The notes below the pieces were generated by a model. The model did no database searches. It saw nothing but the letters and a program-made list of their open reading frames with translations, and was not told the origin of the DNA. Positions 14,374 to 26,641 of a stretch of DNA of 64,000 bases are shown here, piece after piece. Position 1 is the first letter of the stretch, and every line of letters begins with the position of its first letter. The translations under genes were made by a program, and so were the position numbers. Source of the stretch: Trichosphaerium sp. ATCC 40318 (lineage: Eukaryota > Protista > Tubulinea); contig JALMLS010000285.1 in the NCBI GenBank assembly GCA_038496445.1, positions 1 to 64,000 on the forward strand, given 5' to 3'.

Positions 14374-17018
14374 CTACTCATCGTCATCAGTTAATGGACG
14401 ATTTCTGGATGTATTGACGTCTATTAGAGAGCGACGAGGGTGTGCTGCCTCTATGTCATCTTCATCGCTTCTTGGGACACCTTTCTTTGTTTTTTTTGTT
14501 TTGCTAGACCTTAGCTTCGGTGCAGATGGTTTAGAGCCTGAACTTTTAGTAAGATTCATTCGCTTCATTGATTTTACTTTGGCTAACGGGGTAGCTGCAA
14601 GAGGTGGTCTAGAGGTCAAAGTAAACAAGTGTTGAAACGCTACAGACATCACGTACCTTGAGTATGTGCCCTCACTTGTGAATTGATCGATAGTATCGTA
14701 CAGTACTGATATATCAGCGTCGGCAAGAGTTTTGCCAAGTTGGTGACGCTTAAGAATATCTTGAGAAGCGTTTGCTAGATCTTGCAATTTTGCTGCACTG
14801 TCCTTTGTTAAACGACCATCATGAGTAATTTGCTTGGTGCGTTTGATACTCCGCTCCCTGCTTGTGCTTGGTGCATCTGTACTAGTAGTGCCTACTGCGT
14901 ATAGTTGTTTCTTCAATGCTTCAACCTCTTCCTCTCTAAAACACAGTCATTTGTCAGTTTAATTACAAATAATGTACCGCATTGTCAGTACGCTAATGAA
15001 CTTGGGTACGAATAAGCAGCCGGCAGAAAATGATATTATAAGAATGAGACCCTACGTTAACATTGTTGGTAAGCCTGCAAGCGACTGATAGGGCGTACAA
15101 TTGCCCGAACTACAAAAATTGCAGTAGGTTCAAAAGATAAAGACCACTGAATAGCAAGAGTGATTGCACCAATTACAGCTATATTCCAAAGCTAAAAAGG
15201 GCTACGGTGAGTCTTCAAGTATGAGCATTTGAACGTACAATTCTTCCAACCCAAGCTGACTCGTTGAAGAGAGTGTTTACTTTGCGTGTCTTCCATGACA
15301 AGAACAATCCCAATCCAAGAAAAGCGGCCTTAAAATTGGTTATTAAAGTTATTGTTTGAACGAAAATAAGGTACACGTACATTTAGTGCAATAAATGCAC
15401 TACTGAATATGACACCTGCTTCACAATCATTATAGTACTTGTTGACTTGTAGTTTATCGAAGAACCGTTTGGTGTTTGATCTAGGCGGTATTGCAGTCCA
15501 TAAAACAAGTGCAAGCTGCAAGAGTCAAGAATACTTTAACACAATTTCACCAAAGCAAAAAAAGCGGAAGGATACAATTTCAACGGCAATAAATCCTGAA
15601 AGCCACTTTAGGAGATAAATGTCTGGGAGCGCTTTCACAACTAATTTCTTGTTTCCTTATTACAGTATGAGAAATGAAGATAAAGGATTGAGCGTACTGA
15701 ATATTTTGAATACTCTGAAAGTCTTTACAAACAAAGCGCTACAAAAAAGTTAGATAACCAGCTACTCAAAACAAGCACGTGCCCGAATACAGTTATATAA
15801 CCCAATGAAAGTAACCACAAGCGTATGTGACACACAAAAGGTCCCGAAAAGGCATACATAGGTATGCTGGCGGTTGCCATAATGCAACCTGCTACAATTA
15901 TGTAGCAGAATGTTGGGCTTGAGTATCTAATGACGTTAAGTATTGCGAAGTAAGTATTGAATTGTACCTGATAATGGTGTGGTCTCTGTATATGAACAAA
16001 GCAACAAGTGTAACTACAAACAAACGTAAATTATTACTTGGGTGCTTAACTTGTCAAACCTAGTAACGCAATGCCCACTATCCCAACTACTGCCCATATA
16101 ATATACAAAGCAGATACATCAATTTTTACTTCTACAACTACAAGGGAGAATGAGATGAGTTGTGACAACAAGAACCCCTTACGAGCTTCTGTAACCTCTA
16201 CATTTATCATTCCAATTGCAAAGTCATACTGAACACCGCCTTGCAGATTTACCCTGCCGTGTGCGATAATCTAAGTACTATGAGCACTAGTTAACGTAGT
16301 CTGGGTATGTACCGTCCACAATCCAGCTTCCAGGGATACCTCTTGACTGTGCGTATAAGTGTTGCTTGCTGTAAGATTACCTTTTGCTTCTGTTGTGTGT
16401 GTAACAAGCCCTACTTGCTCTACAACATCTGGAGCGCAAAAGCCTAACAAAACACGTTTATTTAACTGACATTAACGAGTTTTTACTTCTACAACGATAC
16501 CTTTCTCTGTCCTGCAACTGTGCACATTTGTATGTGATAACTGGTTTACCTATAGACATGTTTGTTAGGCCACAATTGTGTAAACATGGCGTACCGTTGA
16601 GAAGTTCGAGTACCCAACGTACATTGTATAACTAACGTTTTGAAATGTACCTGCTTCAAATTTTGTAGTTGGTGGTACAACCCAATCAATATTCAGTAAC
16701 GCTGATCCATTTGACGCTGTTGGGCACGAGGACAGTAAGACCTACCAAAGTGTTGGTGTACAACATTCACCAATTTAGTTATGTGTAAAAAAAAACCGCG
16801 ACATAAAACGTGCAATAATGCTGAAGTTGATTAAAACCGCTACAATATTAACTAGGCCATCGTTGTAAAGGAGTATTGCGTACCCTGTCGCCCGTACTAT
16901 CTTGAAGCCAACAAAGGGTTGCAGGACCTCCAAGATTATAGCCAGATCGCTGTGATAGCACCACACAGCAAAGAAATAGTAAAATCACGCAAACACAGTT
17001 GCGTCTATACCAAGCCAT
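14374..17018 (-). CDS. Family C (GABA-B-like, 7tm_3) G-protein-coupled receptor with short non-Venus-flytrap ectodomain
   Basis: Signal peptide (MAWYRRNCVCVILLFLCCVVLS); 7TM motifs SSPTFCYIIVAG, CHIRLWLLSLGYITVFGALFVKTFRVFKIF, LFLSWKTRKVNTLFNESAWVG, CLFVPKF; Ser/Lys-rich cytoplasmic tail. Confidence 0.85.
15516..15575 (-). other. U12-type (minor spliceosome) GT-AG intron in the GPCR gene
   Basis: Donor GTATCCTTC, branch TTCTTGAC ending 8 nt before the 3' splice site (CAG), no pyrimidine tract; retention gives an in-frame TGA, removal restores ..AVEI|LALVLWT. Confidence 0.85.
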
Positions 17019-17201
17019 GGGCAGGGATGTTGTACAAATAATACGGTATTAACGTGCTCAGTACAAAGTGCAAAAAAAAAAAAACCAAAGCATTTAAGCC
17101 AGACTGGTTTAAAAACGCTAATTTAACCTAAAACGCACAACAATAAGGCTTATCGGACACGTAACACGGCAAATTCTCCGCTTCGCGTAACGAATACGTA
17201 A

Positions 17202-20200
17202 ATGACGACGCCAAAAGCACACCCAACCTCACCTACCAGAAATCGCAAAGGTAGTCTGGCGGGCTCGATAATGGGACGATCACGTGACGTACACCTAAAG
17301 AGAAGCGCTTCTTTCGATACTAGTACGCTATTACTGAAATAATGTAAACAACCTTCTGTTTTAAGCGCATTGGGTTTAGGCAATAGCCCAGAAAACGCCA
17401 AAAGTGTGCTAGAGGCTGTTTATGATCCACGTGCTTATTCTGTGCCAAATTATTCGAAGCTCCAGCCTGAAGCAGTAATCCACTCTGCACCAGACTCTTT
17501 TTCTCCAGACGCCGACGCAAAGTTAGAAAAACGCCCATACAAGCCAAAGCGCGAGTTACAGAAGCCCAGAACACCAGGAACACCGAAAATGAGCGCCCGT
17601 CGCCCGTTTTATGACCAACTCGGTATTACACGCACTACTCTCCCAACACCTACACAGGCGCGTAGCAAGAGCATTTTTGGTCGGAATTTTCCATTATTTA
17701 CTTGTTTGTATTTCTATAACCTTTTTACACTTTGTACAAACGCCTTGCTTTGATTTACGCGCACTGTGACGCAAAAACAGAATTCGAGATAAAACAATTT
17801 TATTTACCAGTTACTGTGCCGTACTCACACTGCGTAGATAGAGGTTCTACTAAAGGATATGCGTAAACCAAAAATGGGTGTACGATTACAGTTTTTTGAA
17901 GGCGTTTTTGCTTTTACAGGTACTATGGTTATGCATTAAAGAGCTGCACGCGTACTGTAACGGAGCTAATATTTTAATAGGACGTGATGTATTATCGTGG
18001 ATTACTCGGTACATGCACTATCGCAACAGAAAGGATGGTATTAGGTAACTTACCGGTTTGCATTATTTAGCTTCTAACAAATATCTGTAGAGTGTGTCAA
18101 CATCTCTTGGAAACAAAAAAAATATTGCAGGTAGGCTCAGCCGGCGCAGGAAGCTTCATAGGTAAGTTTTTTTGACAGAATTATTGTGACACATTTGACA
18201 CTTAAAAAAGATAAGAATAAGTACAAATTCTCACCTGATGAGTTTGACGATTATCTGGCAAGCTTATCTTTTGAGCAATATAGCTACCTTTTTAGTTTAT
18301 TACAAAGCTCTCTTGGGATTCAGTACCAGGTTGACAGTGATGGAAAACGTGTCATATCAGGTATTTATTGATAAAATACAATGATTGACGTGCAATAGGC
18401 TCTGATAGAATTTCTTGGGTTGTAAAGCGCATTCGTACTATAAAAGATCGTAGTGAAGCTGAGAGATTATGCCAGGAGCTTGTAAAGCGTAAATACTTGT
18501 TGTGCTCTAATAATGGCCAAACAAGTGACAGTACGATATTTTTTTCAGTGTCACTTGCAATTAATATATTTTTTTTAGAGCCAGCATATCTCCAATATTA
18601 CTTTAATGATTCCACCCCAACTGTTCCTGTATATGAGATACCTTCAGAAGTACGCATTAATTCTTAAAAATACTTGCCAGGCTTGTTTAGTCATTCACAT
18701 TTGTGCTCAGCTATGTGGGGCTTGTAAAAAATTTACTCAAGTAATGTACAATGATATGCCTGTTTGGCTTGCTTGTGGACACAAATTTCATGCAGAATGC
18801 TTACGTGATGTTGGCGACACGATGGGTGCATGCATGTCCTGTTTTGAAACTACACAATTACGCCTGACGCATAGTGATGAAGATTTGATTTTACCTTTCA
18901 TAGCAAAAGTTCTTCGGTACGTAATTCATAAACCCTTAAGGTAACTTACATTATTACTAGATCTGATGCCTATGTGTATCGAAAACGAATCGTTCAATTT
19001 GTTGACCAATTCAATAAGCGGTATTCAGGTGTTAGGCGTAGTGGTTCTTTAAAAGCTGCTAAAGCCGAGATTTTGCAGTTTACTAGTATCCCTTTCTTTC
19101 GATTGTTTGACACTCGTTTAATGCTGTTTATTATCCTTAACATTACCAGATATGATTAATAAAAGTCTATTGGATAACCTAAAATTACTGGCTATTCAAC
19201 AACAAGGCGCACAAAAATGCATGACAGAAGTTAAAGTGCGTAGATCAACAATACTATTTTTTTTAGATGTGCTAACCGAGACAATTGTAGCAAGCCATCT
19301 TACCACGGATATATAAAGTGCTATTTAATTTATACAAACTATCTGTGCGTGATCATGACGGGCAATTACCTTCTCAATTTTTACCAATAAAAAAAAACCT
19401 GCTGACGCTAAACATAGGTATACGCTAAAGACACAGAACTATGCAAAAAATTAAAGATTATGGGTACACGGACGTTGGGAGAGCTACATATTAAGGAGAA
19501 GTTCTGGCTTACACCCAAAAATCACAAAACCAAAGGTGCACACAAAATGACATCATACGAAATTTCGGTTTAGTCCTAGCGTCGTTCTTACATTTGTTAC
19601 CTTTTAGTACGAGCTCGCCTAAACGAATCTGCAGAGCCAAATGACAAAGAAGAAGAGTTTCTCCCTTACAGACTAGCGATAGAATATTTTAGGCGGTTGG
19701 TCAACTTTCAAAAGGTTAAAGATAAGCTTAACTGCTTGATTTTGACACGGCATTTCATGCATGACGCCATTGGTACGTTATCCTTTTTGTTTTGTGGATA
19801 AAAAATAGTGAGCATTCTTGAGAACTAAAAACTAGAATAATTTGTTCGTCTTCAATTTCCTAACCTATTGCAGTTCTACACTACAAACAAGAATTTCCTG
19901 ACAAGGACTTGGAACAACTGGACATTGCTCTGTATGGCTAGACTTTTTATGATTTTTTTTTAGATTTAATAGCATGAAATTATGACTCTGTTGCCTTGTG
20001 ACGCTATGTAGGGATGCTGATGAAGAGATTATGATATGGTGTTGGACAATAATAAAGTCTGGCGTAAAATCTCTTGAAGCTGAACTGAGATATATTTCTG
20101 ATTGGATAGATGAACACTTGACAAGCGGAGAAGCAGGGTTAGTTCTTATTTAGTTATTTTGATTTAGTAACTAAGATATTTCGCGTAGGTACAGCTTGTG

Positions 20201-20303
20201 TACAATGGAAACAGCCGTCAGGCATTTGTCCTTACAGAAGCTTAAAAAAAAAGGAGGCAAGGAAATATACGAGAGATTGGAAGACTTGCTCAAAACAGTG
20301 TAA
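17202..20303 (+). CDS. DEP-DEP-RING-VPS9 domain protein (putative Rab5 GEF / E3 ligase)
   Basis: Two DEP-like repeats (FTGRDVLSWI..VCQHLLETKKI; ISGSDRISWVV..AERLCQELVKRKYL), RING (CGAC..LACGHKFHAECL..CMSC), VPS9 (PYRLAIEYF..KDKLNCLI..DADEEI..LEAELRYISDW..SGEAGYSLCTMETAV). Confidence 0.8.
19086..19149 (+). other. U12-type GT-AG intron in the VPS9 gene
   Basis: Donor GTATCCCTTT (1 mismatch to GTATCCTTT), perfect branch TCCTTAAC followed by ATTACCAG; removal keeps frame (..ILQFT|NMINK..). Confidence 0.8.
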
Positions 20304-20665
20304 AAAAAAGGAAACATTTCGTAACTGGTTTTGTTTTAATAGCTGCGCTAATACGGTGGGTACCTTTTGGGTCCTTTTAGGCAGTTCAATCGGATCGATA
20401 CGATACAGATTGCGATGGAACAAAAAACCGCTAGAAATAGAAGCACGTGATAGTAACCTACTACAACAACGTAGTATTGTTTGTTTTGGCGTTATTCGTG
20501 TAAATTTACCGTACCACTACTGGAAGTGATGCTTATCGGTGCACGTTTTTATACTCATAACAAGTTATACCAGTAGCGGCAACAGCGTTTGTTTTGTTTT
20601 ATTTGAATGAATCCAAGTGTGAATACATTGTACACTGTTTTTATTTTCCAAACCAAAATACGATA

Positions 20666-23493
20666 ATGGCCGCACAACCGCCAATCGACGACGAAGAAAA
20701 ATCGCTCCCTGAGCTGGTTTCAATGGGTTTTGGCGAAGCGGAAGCCAGAATCGCGTTAAAGTAAGCCCTGTACCTTGTAATAGTTCTATCAAAGCGCGCC
20801 ATAAGACAGAAAATTCTGTTACAAGTGCTGAAAGTTTTCACCACGCAGGAACTTATCCAGAAAACTACCCACACTACCTATTGGTGGTTGGTGTTTTTCC
20901 TTTTTAACCAAGTATAAAATTTTTGTTCTTTTTTTTTTTTTTATATGTATTCCACGTGTTGCGTGATAAATCATGATAAATGAAAAGTTTGACACGCCCA
21001 CAGGCAAACGAAAACAGTTCAAGAGGCGGTTGACTTAATGTTTTCAGACGAATTTTTGGAACGACCAAAAGATACCCAAACACCCCAAGTTCCCGATACA
21101 ATGACGAGTACAGATACGAGCCTTGATCCACTATCATCCATGCTCCTTACAACGGAGTCAGGTGCGCTAGTTTATCTTTAACAACCTTTTTCTTTTTTTC
21201 CAATCAATAGAATACGCATAAATCTGCATTGGTGCTCTGTATTATAGTGCTGCTTCAAATCACGTCGGACTTAAAATTTATTTTGAAAGAAAGCATGTTT
21301 TTTCGCGTTTAACTTGTTTAACAGAAGGAACTACTCCACCTTCGCCCAGAACAGCAAATACAAAACGTATGAAAATAGTAAAGGAAATTTTTGCCACGGA
21401 GCTGGATTACGTTGAAGATCTCGAACGCGTTGTTGAGGTAATACCAGTTACATTAAAAGAAAGATAAAAAAAAAATAATTTCAGAAATTTTTCAACATCG
21501 CACGTGCGACGACTTTGTAACGTGGGTAAATAGTAATTTTTTAATTTTATGATTTAGGTGTTCTTACAGCCTTTCCAAAAATCTATTGAGAAGGACAACA
21601 GGCCCATCATCAGCCAAGAAAATCTAAACACTATTTTTTCAGATATCTTATTGATACTCAACCTCAATAAATCCTTCCTGGGTGCTTTAGAAGAGAGGAA
21701 AAATGACTGGACAGAAGACACTACCATAGGCGATTTATTTGTCGACTACGTACGGAATTTTCTTTCAAAACAAAAAATGATATTTGTCAAATGTTATGTT
21801 TTCGTTAGTATATAAACCTAATCCCCTTCCAGGCACCTCATTTTAAAATTTACACCACATACGTCAATAAATACGATACTATTCAGGAGCTCATGTCTCA
21901 GCTCAAGAGCTCTAGTTCGAGATTCAATAGAACTCTCAACGTGCGTTTACTGTACGTGCTGGAAAATTATTAAGTTGTGAATAGAGGCAAGCTAAAAAAG
22001 CTGGAACAAAAGGAGATCTCATGACACATTTGATCAAGCCAATACAGCGTATCCCTCGTTATGTCTTGCTTTTAAAGGTATTGATACCATTTAATTATGC
22101 ATGTCCTCACAGTATCAATGTAGGCACTTCTGAAAAGCACACCAAAAGCTCATAATGATTACTACAAAATTAAGAAAGCGCTTGGTTTAATTAAGGCCAC
22201 TGCCGACGTTTTGAATGAAAGTAAACTCATGCAAGACAACAGACGCCAAATACAGCAAATATACGAACGTCTTTCTGGAGCTCAGGATAAATGCAAAGAG
22301 GTAATTTCAACTGAAAAATGCCTTATGAGAGTCTGACATATTTAGGAATTATTCAAACCATCAAAGCGTTTGCTAGCTGAAGGGCCTTTGTACTATAGGT
22401 AAGGCTTGCAAGTTTATAGTTTTCATAAAACCAACATGGACTAGGCGTGCACCTCAGACTTCTTTACGTCAAGGATACATATTCCTCTTTAACGACTCAT
22501 TACTTATCACCGAAAAGAAGCGAAGTATTCTTAGGTACATGACTTTCTTCAAACAAATTTTTAATACTCTATTTACAGGCGTGGATTGTTTTCGTTACAA
22601 TATTTGCACTTCATACCAATGCGAAGGTTAGTAGGCATGCAAAGCGAAATCAAAGGGCGACAAACTCAAGGTGCGTTTGTGGAAGTTTGAGACACAACAT
22701 TAACATGTTCAAGACCCTGCGCACGGTTTTCAGGTGTCCTTCTCATCAAAGGGAACATCTGATTGGCACTTCTTCGCGAAATCATCCAAAGTAAGAATTT
22801 AGCATAACATCTTCATCTAACCAACACTCTGTAGGAAAAAGCTGATTGGCTGAGTTTGATATCTACCTTATTGGATGATATTGCAATGCAAAAATCACAA
22901 AAGGGAACAATAAGCGCGTGATTTTAATCATTTTAGTTTCCTCTAACACTCATACAAAGGTAAACGTATGAAAAAATTCAACCACTCGCTGATTGATAGC
23001 AAAGAAAAGACTCTTCCTGATAAGGTATGCTAGTGATACCAGAAAATGCTTATAACATATATAGGTTGCTAAAGAAATCCAAACTCAACTTAGAGATGAC
23101 GCTGGTACTCAGCAAGACACTAAAGAAAAGACTTCACTCCAAGATCTGCAGAATGACATGCGCATAAAGGAGCCAAATCCACACAGGCAATCAGCACCTC
23201 CTGCACCAGCAGTACAAATAGCAAGCACAAATCCTCTTAATATTGTTAACATGTGCCAGGATGCGAAAGCTAAGCGCAAGAACCCACGTTCAAGAGATGC
23301 AAGACGTACTACTACGATGGCAAAATACGAGACTGGAACAGAGTGGGCACCGCTAAAGACAAGCAAAAGACCTAAGAAACCGGCACCTACACCTAATAAA
23401 AGTCTTTATCGCCGCTCAAAGTCAATGGCGGGCATGAAGGTTAAGAACATATGTCTAGAAAGAAAGAGATCTTCAGGTGCTCTGGACATATAA
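20666..23493 (+). CDS. RhoGEF (DH-PH) protein with N-terminal UBA domain
   Basis: UBA: LPELVSMGFGEAEARIALKQTKTVQEAVDLM; DH: KRMKIVKEIFATELDYVEDL, IFSDILLILNLNKSFL, HLIKPIQRIPRYVLLLKALLKST; PH: RLLAEGPL..YIFLFNDSLLIT..EKADWLSLI. Confidence 0.88.
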
Positions 23494-23563
23494 TAAAATA
23501 TAAGCTCTACGGTAAGGGTAGTAAAAAAGTTGTAAATAATAACACATTGAGTGCTCCTTTATT

Positions 23564-24418
23564 TCACATACTGTCGAGTACGTAATAGCTCAGTAACCCA
23601 CTGGCAAATACAGTAGCGTTATCCCATTCTTTAATGGGTAGACTTTCAACAATAGCACATACTGTGACAACTATGGCAAGTTTGATGTGATAAGCAAATA
23701 TATCCAGTGTGAAAAAGTTCCACGCAATGAACAGCTGGACAAAAACAGAGGTAAACAGAAAAGCGCCAACTACGAACGAAATACTTCCCAGCCACGTTTT
23801 GCACTTGTTATGAGGCAAAGTTGCCTTGCCAAAGTGCCTTCCGATTAGCGCTAAAATTAAGTGAGTTGCATGTGAAACACGTGTCCGAAACGTCAAAGAG
23901 AGCTCGAGACATTACCTGCTAATCCATCACCGACGCATAAAAGCAGTAGGGCTGTGAGTCCGACAGGCGTGTGGCGCCAATATACAATAGTACTTGAAAT
24001 AAATATGATTCCATATTGCAAAGGACCTTTTAGCAGCTCCGAAGGCTGACCAGATCTACAAATAGATTTTACTACTTCTTTGTCCTGGTGTCTGTTATAT
24101 CACAACCGTATAGAGCGCGTACTTTAATGATTCCGAGACCAATGAGTGCGAATTGAAGCGTTAAGATAACAACTGGTACAGAAGCCCAATATTTCGCCGT
24201 TGGAGAGTTTGAAAATGGGTACCACGTTAGTATAAACAGAGGGCCTGTAAAAATATGTATCTGAGTGACAGTTAGTCATCAATGTAGCTATGAGGTGGTT
24301 TTACCATCTTTCTACTAACTTCTGTCGATAATACACCGTTGTAAGACAAAAATTGCATTGCCTTTAACCATGTCACTGCGACAACACCCGAGAGGGCCAT
24401 ACACCAAAAGTCGTGCAT
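23564..24418 (-). CDS. CTP-dependent isoprenoid alcohol kinase (phytol/farnesol kinase-like, cytidylyltransferase family)
   Basis: EVSRKMIHIFTGPLFILTW, RSGQPSELLKGPLQYG, LCVGDGLAALIGRHFG..LPHNKCKTWLGS, IVESLPIKEWDNATV; multiple TM helices. Confidence 0.88.
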
Positions 24419-24536
24419 AACAGCTTGACGTCTGTCAATGAGAGAAGAAGTAGTTTGAAAAACTCAGTTTTTTTTAGTTTGTTTTTTTATAAACTCTAGT
24501 ATAACACCCTCTGACTCTTGAGCGTTTGCTGTAGCC

Positions 24537-26388
24537 ATGAGTAACATATACGTTACAGAACCACCAACAAATGGAAAGATTGTCTTACATACAACCATTG
24601 GAGCGTTAGATATAGAACTATGGTCCAAGGAATGCCCTCAGGCATGCAGAAACTTTACTCAGCTCTGTTTAGAAGGTATAGACGTTTAAAATACAAATAA
24701 TAGCGTAGAATATTAACGTCGCGGCGTAGGATACTATAATAACACGATATTTCATAGAGTCATCCCAAATTTTATTATGCAGGGCGGTGATCCAACTGGA
24801 ACTGGTGAAGGCGGCGATTCAGCGTTTGGGGAGCCATTTGCAGATGAATTTCATCAAAGGTACCAGCCCTCATCAGACATCTTGTAGAAATCTCCTTGCC
24901 GTTTGTACCAAATGCTATTGATGCCCTATAACAAGCGTCTAAGACGTCATTTGGTTTTTGCGTGTCATTCACTCAAAAACCGTTTATTAACCATTACGTA
25001 GACTTCGTTTTACGCGTCGAGGATTAGTAGCCTTCGCGTCTAGAGGCAAGAATACAAATGCAAGTCAGTTTTTTATAACTCTTGACAAAACTCCTGAACT
25101 AAATCGCAAACACACTATATTTGGCAAGGGTATGTTTATTTGGCATTAGAGTATCGTATACTAAAGATTTTAAAGTGACTGGTGATACGCGTTACAATAT
25201 TTTAAAGGCCAACGATCTCGAAATTGGTGAAAATGACAAGCCTATACATCCACCGAAAATTACACGTGCGTAGTGCAAAAACCATGTCCATGTTGTTGCG
25301 TTAAATATTTACGTGTGAAACTAGATGTTGACGTGCTCCTCAATCCTTATCCTGATATTAAAATTAGAAGGAAACGCAAAGAACTTGTAGTTCCTAAAAA
25401 AGTTGAAAAGAAAGTAGTTAAAAAAAAGTAAGTCGTTCTTGAACACACAGGGCCATTTTTATCAAAATTACTAACTTGTTTAAGAAATTTGGCATTGTTG
25501 TCTTTTGCAGATGATGAAGATGAGGACGAGGATGAGGAAGAGATAAATAAATTCAAAATGCAAAGTTTTGCTAAAGTTGTACAAAAGAAAAAGGCAATCA
25601 AACTGCCAGTTGAAGATGAAAAAATGGATGATGCCGCACCTAAGAAGAAAAGATCAAAGAAATCAGAAGCTGAAATAAAAGAAGAACTTGCTAAGGCCGA
25701 AGAAGGCCTGAAACGTGCAATTACAAAAGAAAGAATAGACGCTGAAGAGTTGAAGTACACTTTTTTGCTGGTAAATATGCTTTGTTTAAACTTATGTGAT
25801 TTTAGAACTACAGCAGCTGAAGAGCAAAGTAAATTAAAGGCAGAAATATCATCTCTAACAAAGAGCAGATCTAAGAAGCGCAAAAAGGATAAATCTGAAG
25901 TGTCACCGTTGGAGCAAATGCGATTAAAATACTTAAAAAGGAAGAAAACAACTAAAATATCAGAGGCAGATGTACGCACTATAAGTGGGCGCCATTGATA
26001 CCTAATTATACCATAAAAGGCTTTAAAACATCTCGATAAGTTCAAACGTGGCCTTGAAGAACCAATAGATGAAAAAGATAGAAAGAATGCTTGGAAAGCT
26101 CACACTCTTGTTTTTGAAAAGGAAAAAGACATTATAGATCCAATGGCTGTTGGTGCGTTCTCCCTGTGCCCTCTTACTCAAGTATGCTTTTACTTACTTC
26201 CAAAATAGATGATGGTGGACTGGAGGTCTACGATCCTCTCGAAGTACAACACTTATTTCATCTTGTTTTTTGTTAACAATCCTCTCTAGGACCCACTGCG
26301 TAGAATGCAAAAGAAGGGAGGGAAATCTACAAAGCAAAGCAAGCATACAAAACAACTTCGTGCTACAAAGAAACTTGACAGATGGTAG
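24537..26388 (+). CDS. CWC27: Spliceosome-associated cyclophilin CWC27
   Basis: [90 protein letters not shown]; LLSFADDE; WKAHTLVF; LEVYDPL. Confidence 0.95.
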
Positions 26389-26641
26389 TGTAGTGTAAAC
26401 GAAAAAATAATGAAAACCATTTTTGTAAAAGCACAGTTGCATTCGAAGAAACAAGTCTAAAACTCGCGCTATTAGTAGGCTCAAGGGTGCTTAGTTCACT
26501 TTAGAGCTTTGAATAACAAGTTCATGAGAAATTATCAATTGCCACGTTATTCGCGTGCCTTTAAAGCGTACTTAGATTTCATTGAAAGTACACATTTCGC
26601 TTAAACAAGTTTAAGTGGTTAAACCAACACAAGCCACAAGT

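Noticed and set aside
25347-26045. Long antisense ORFs (e.g. 25347-26045, 36815-37330, 29358-29798)
   Set aside because: Shadows of real genes on the opposite strand with low-complexity codons.
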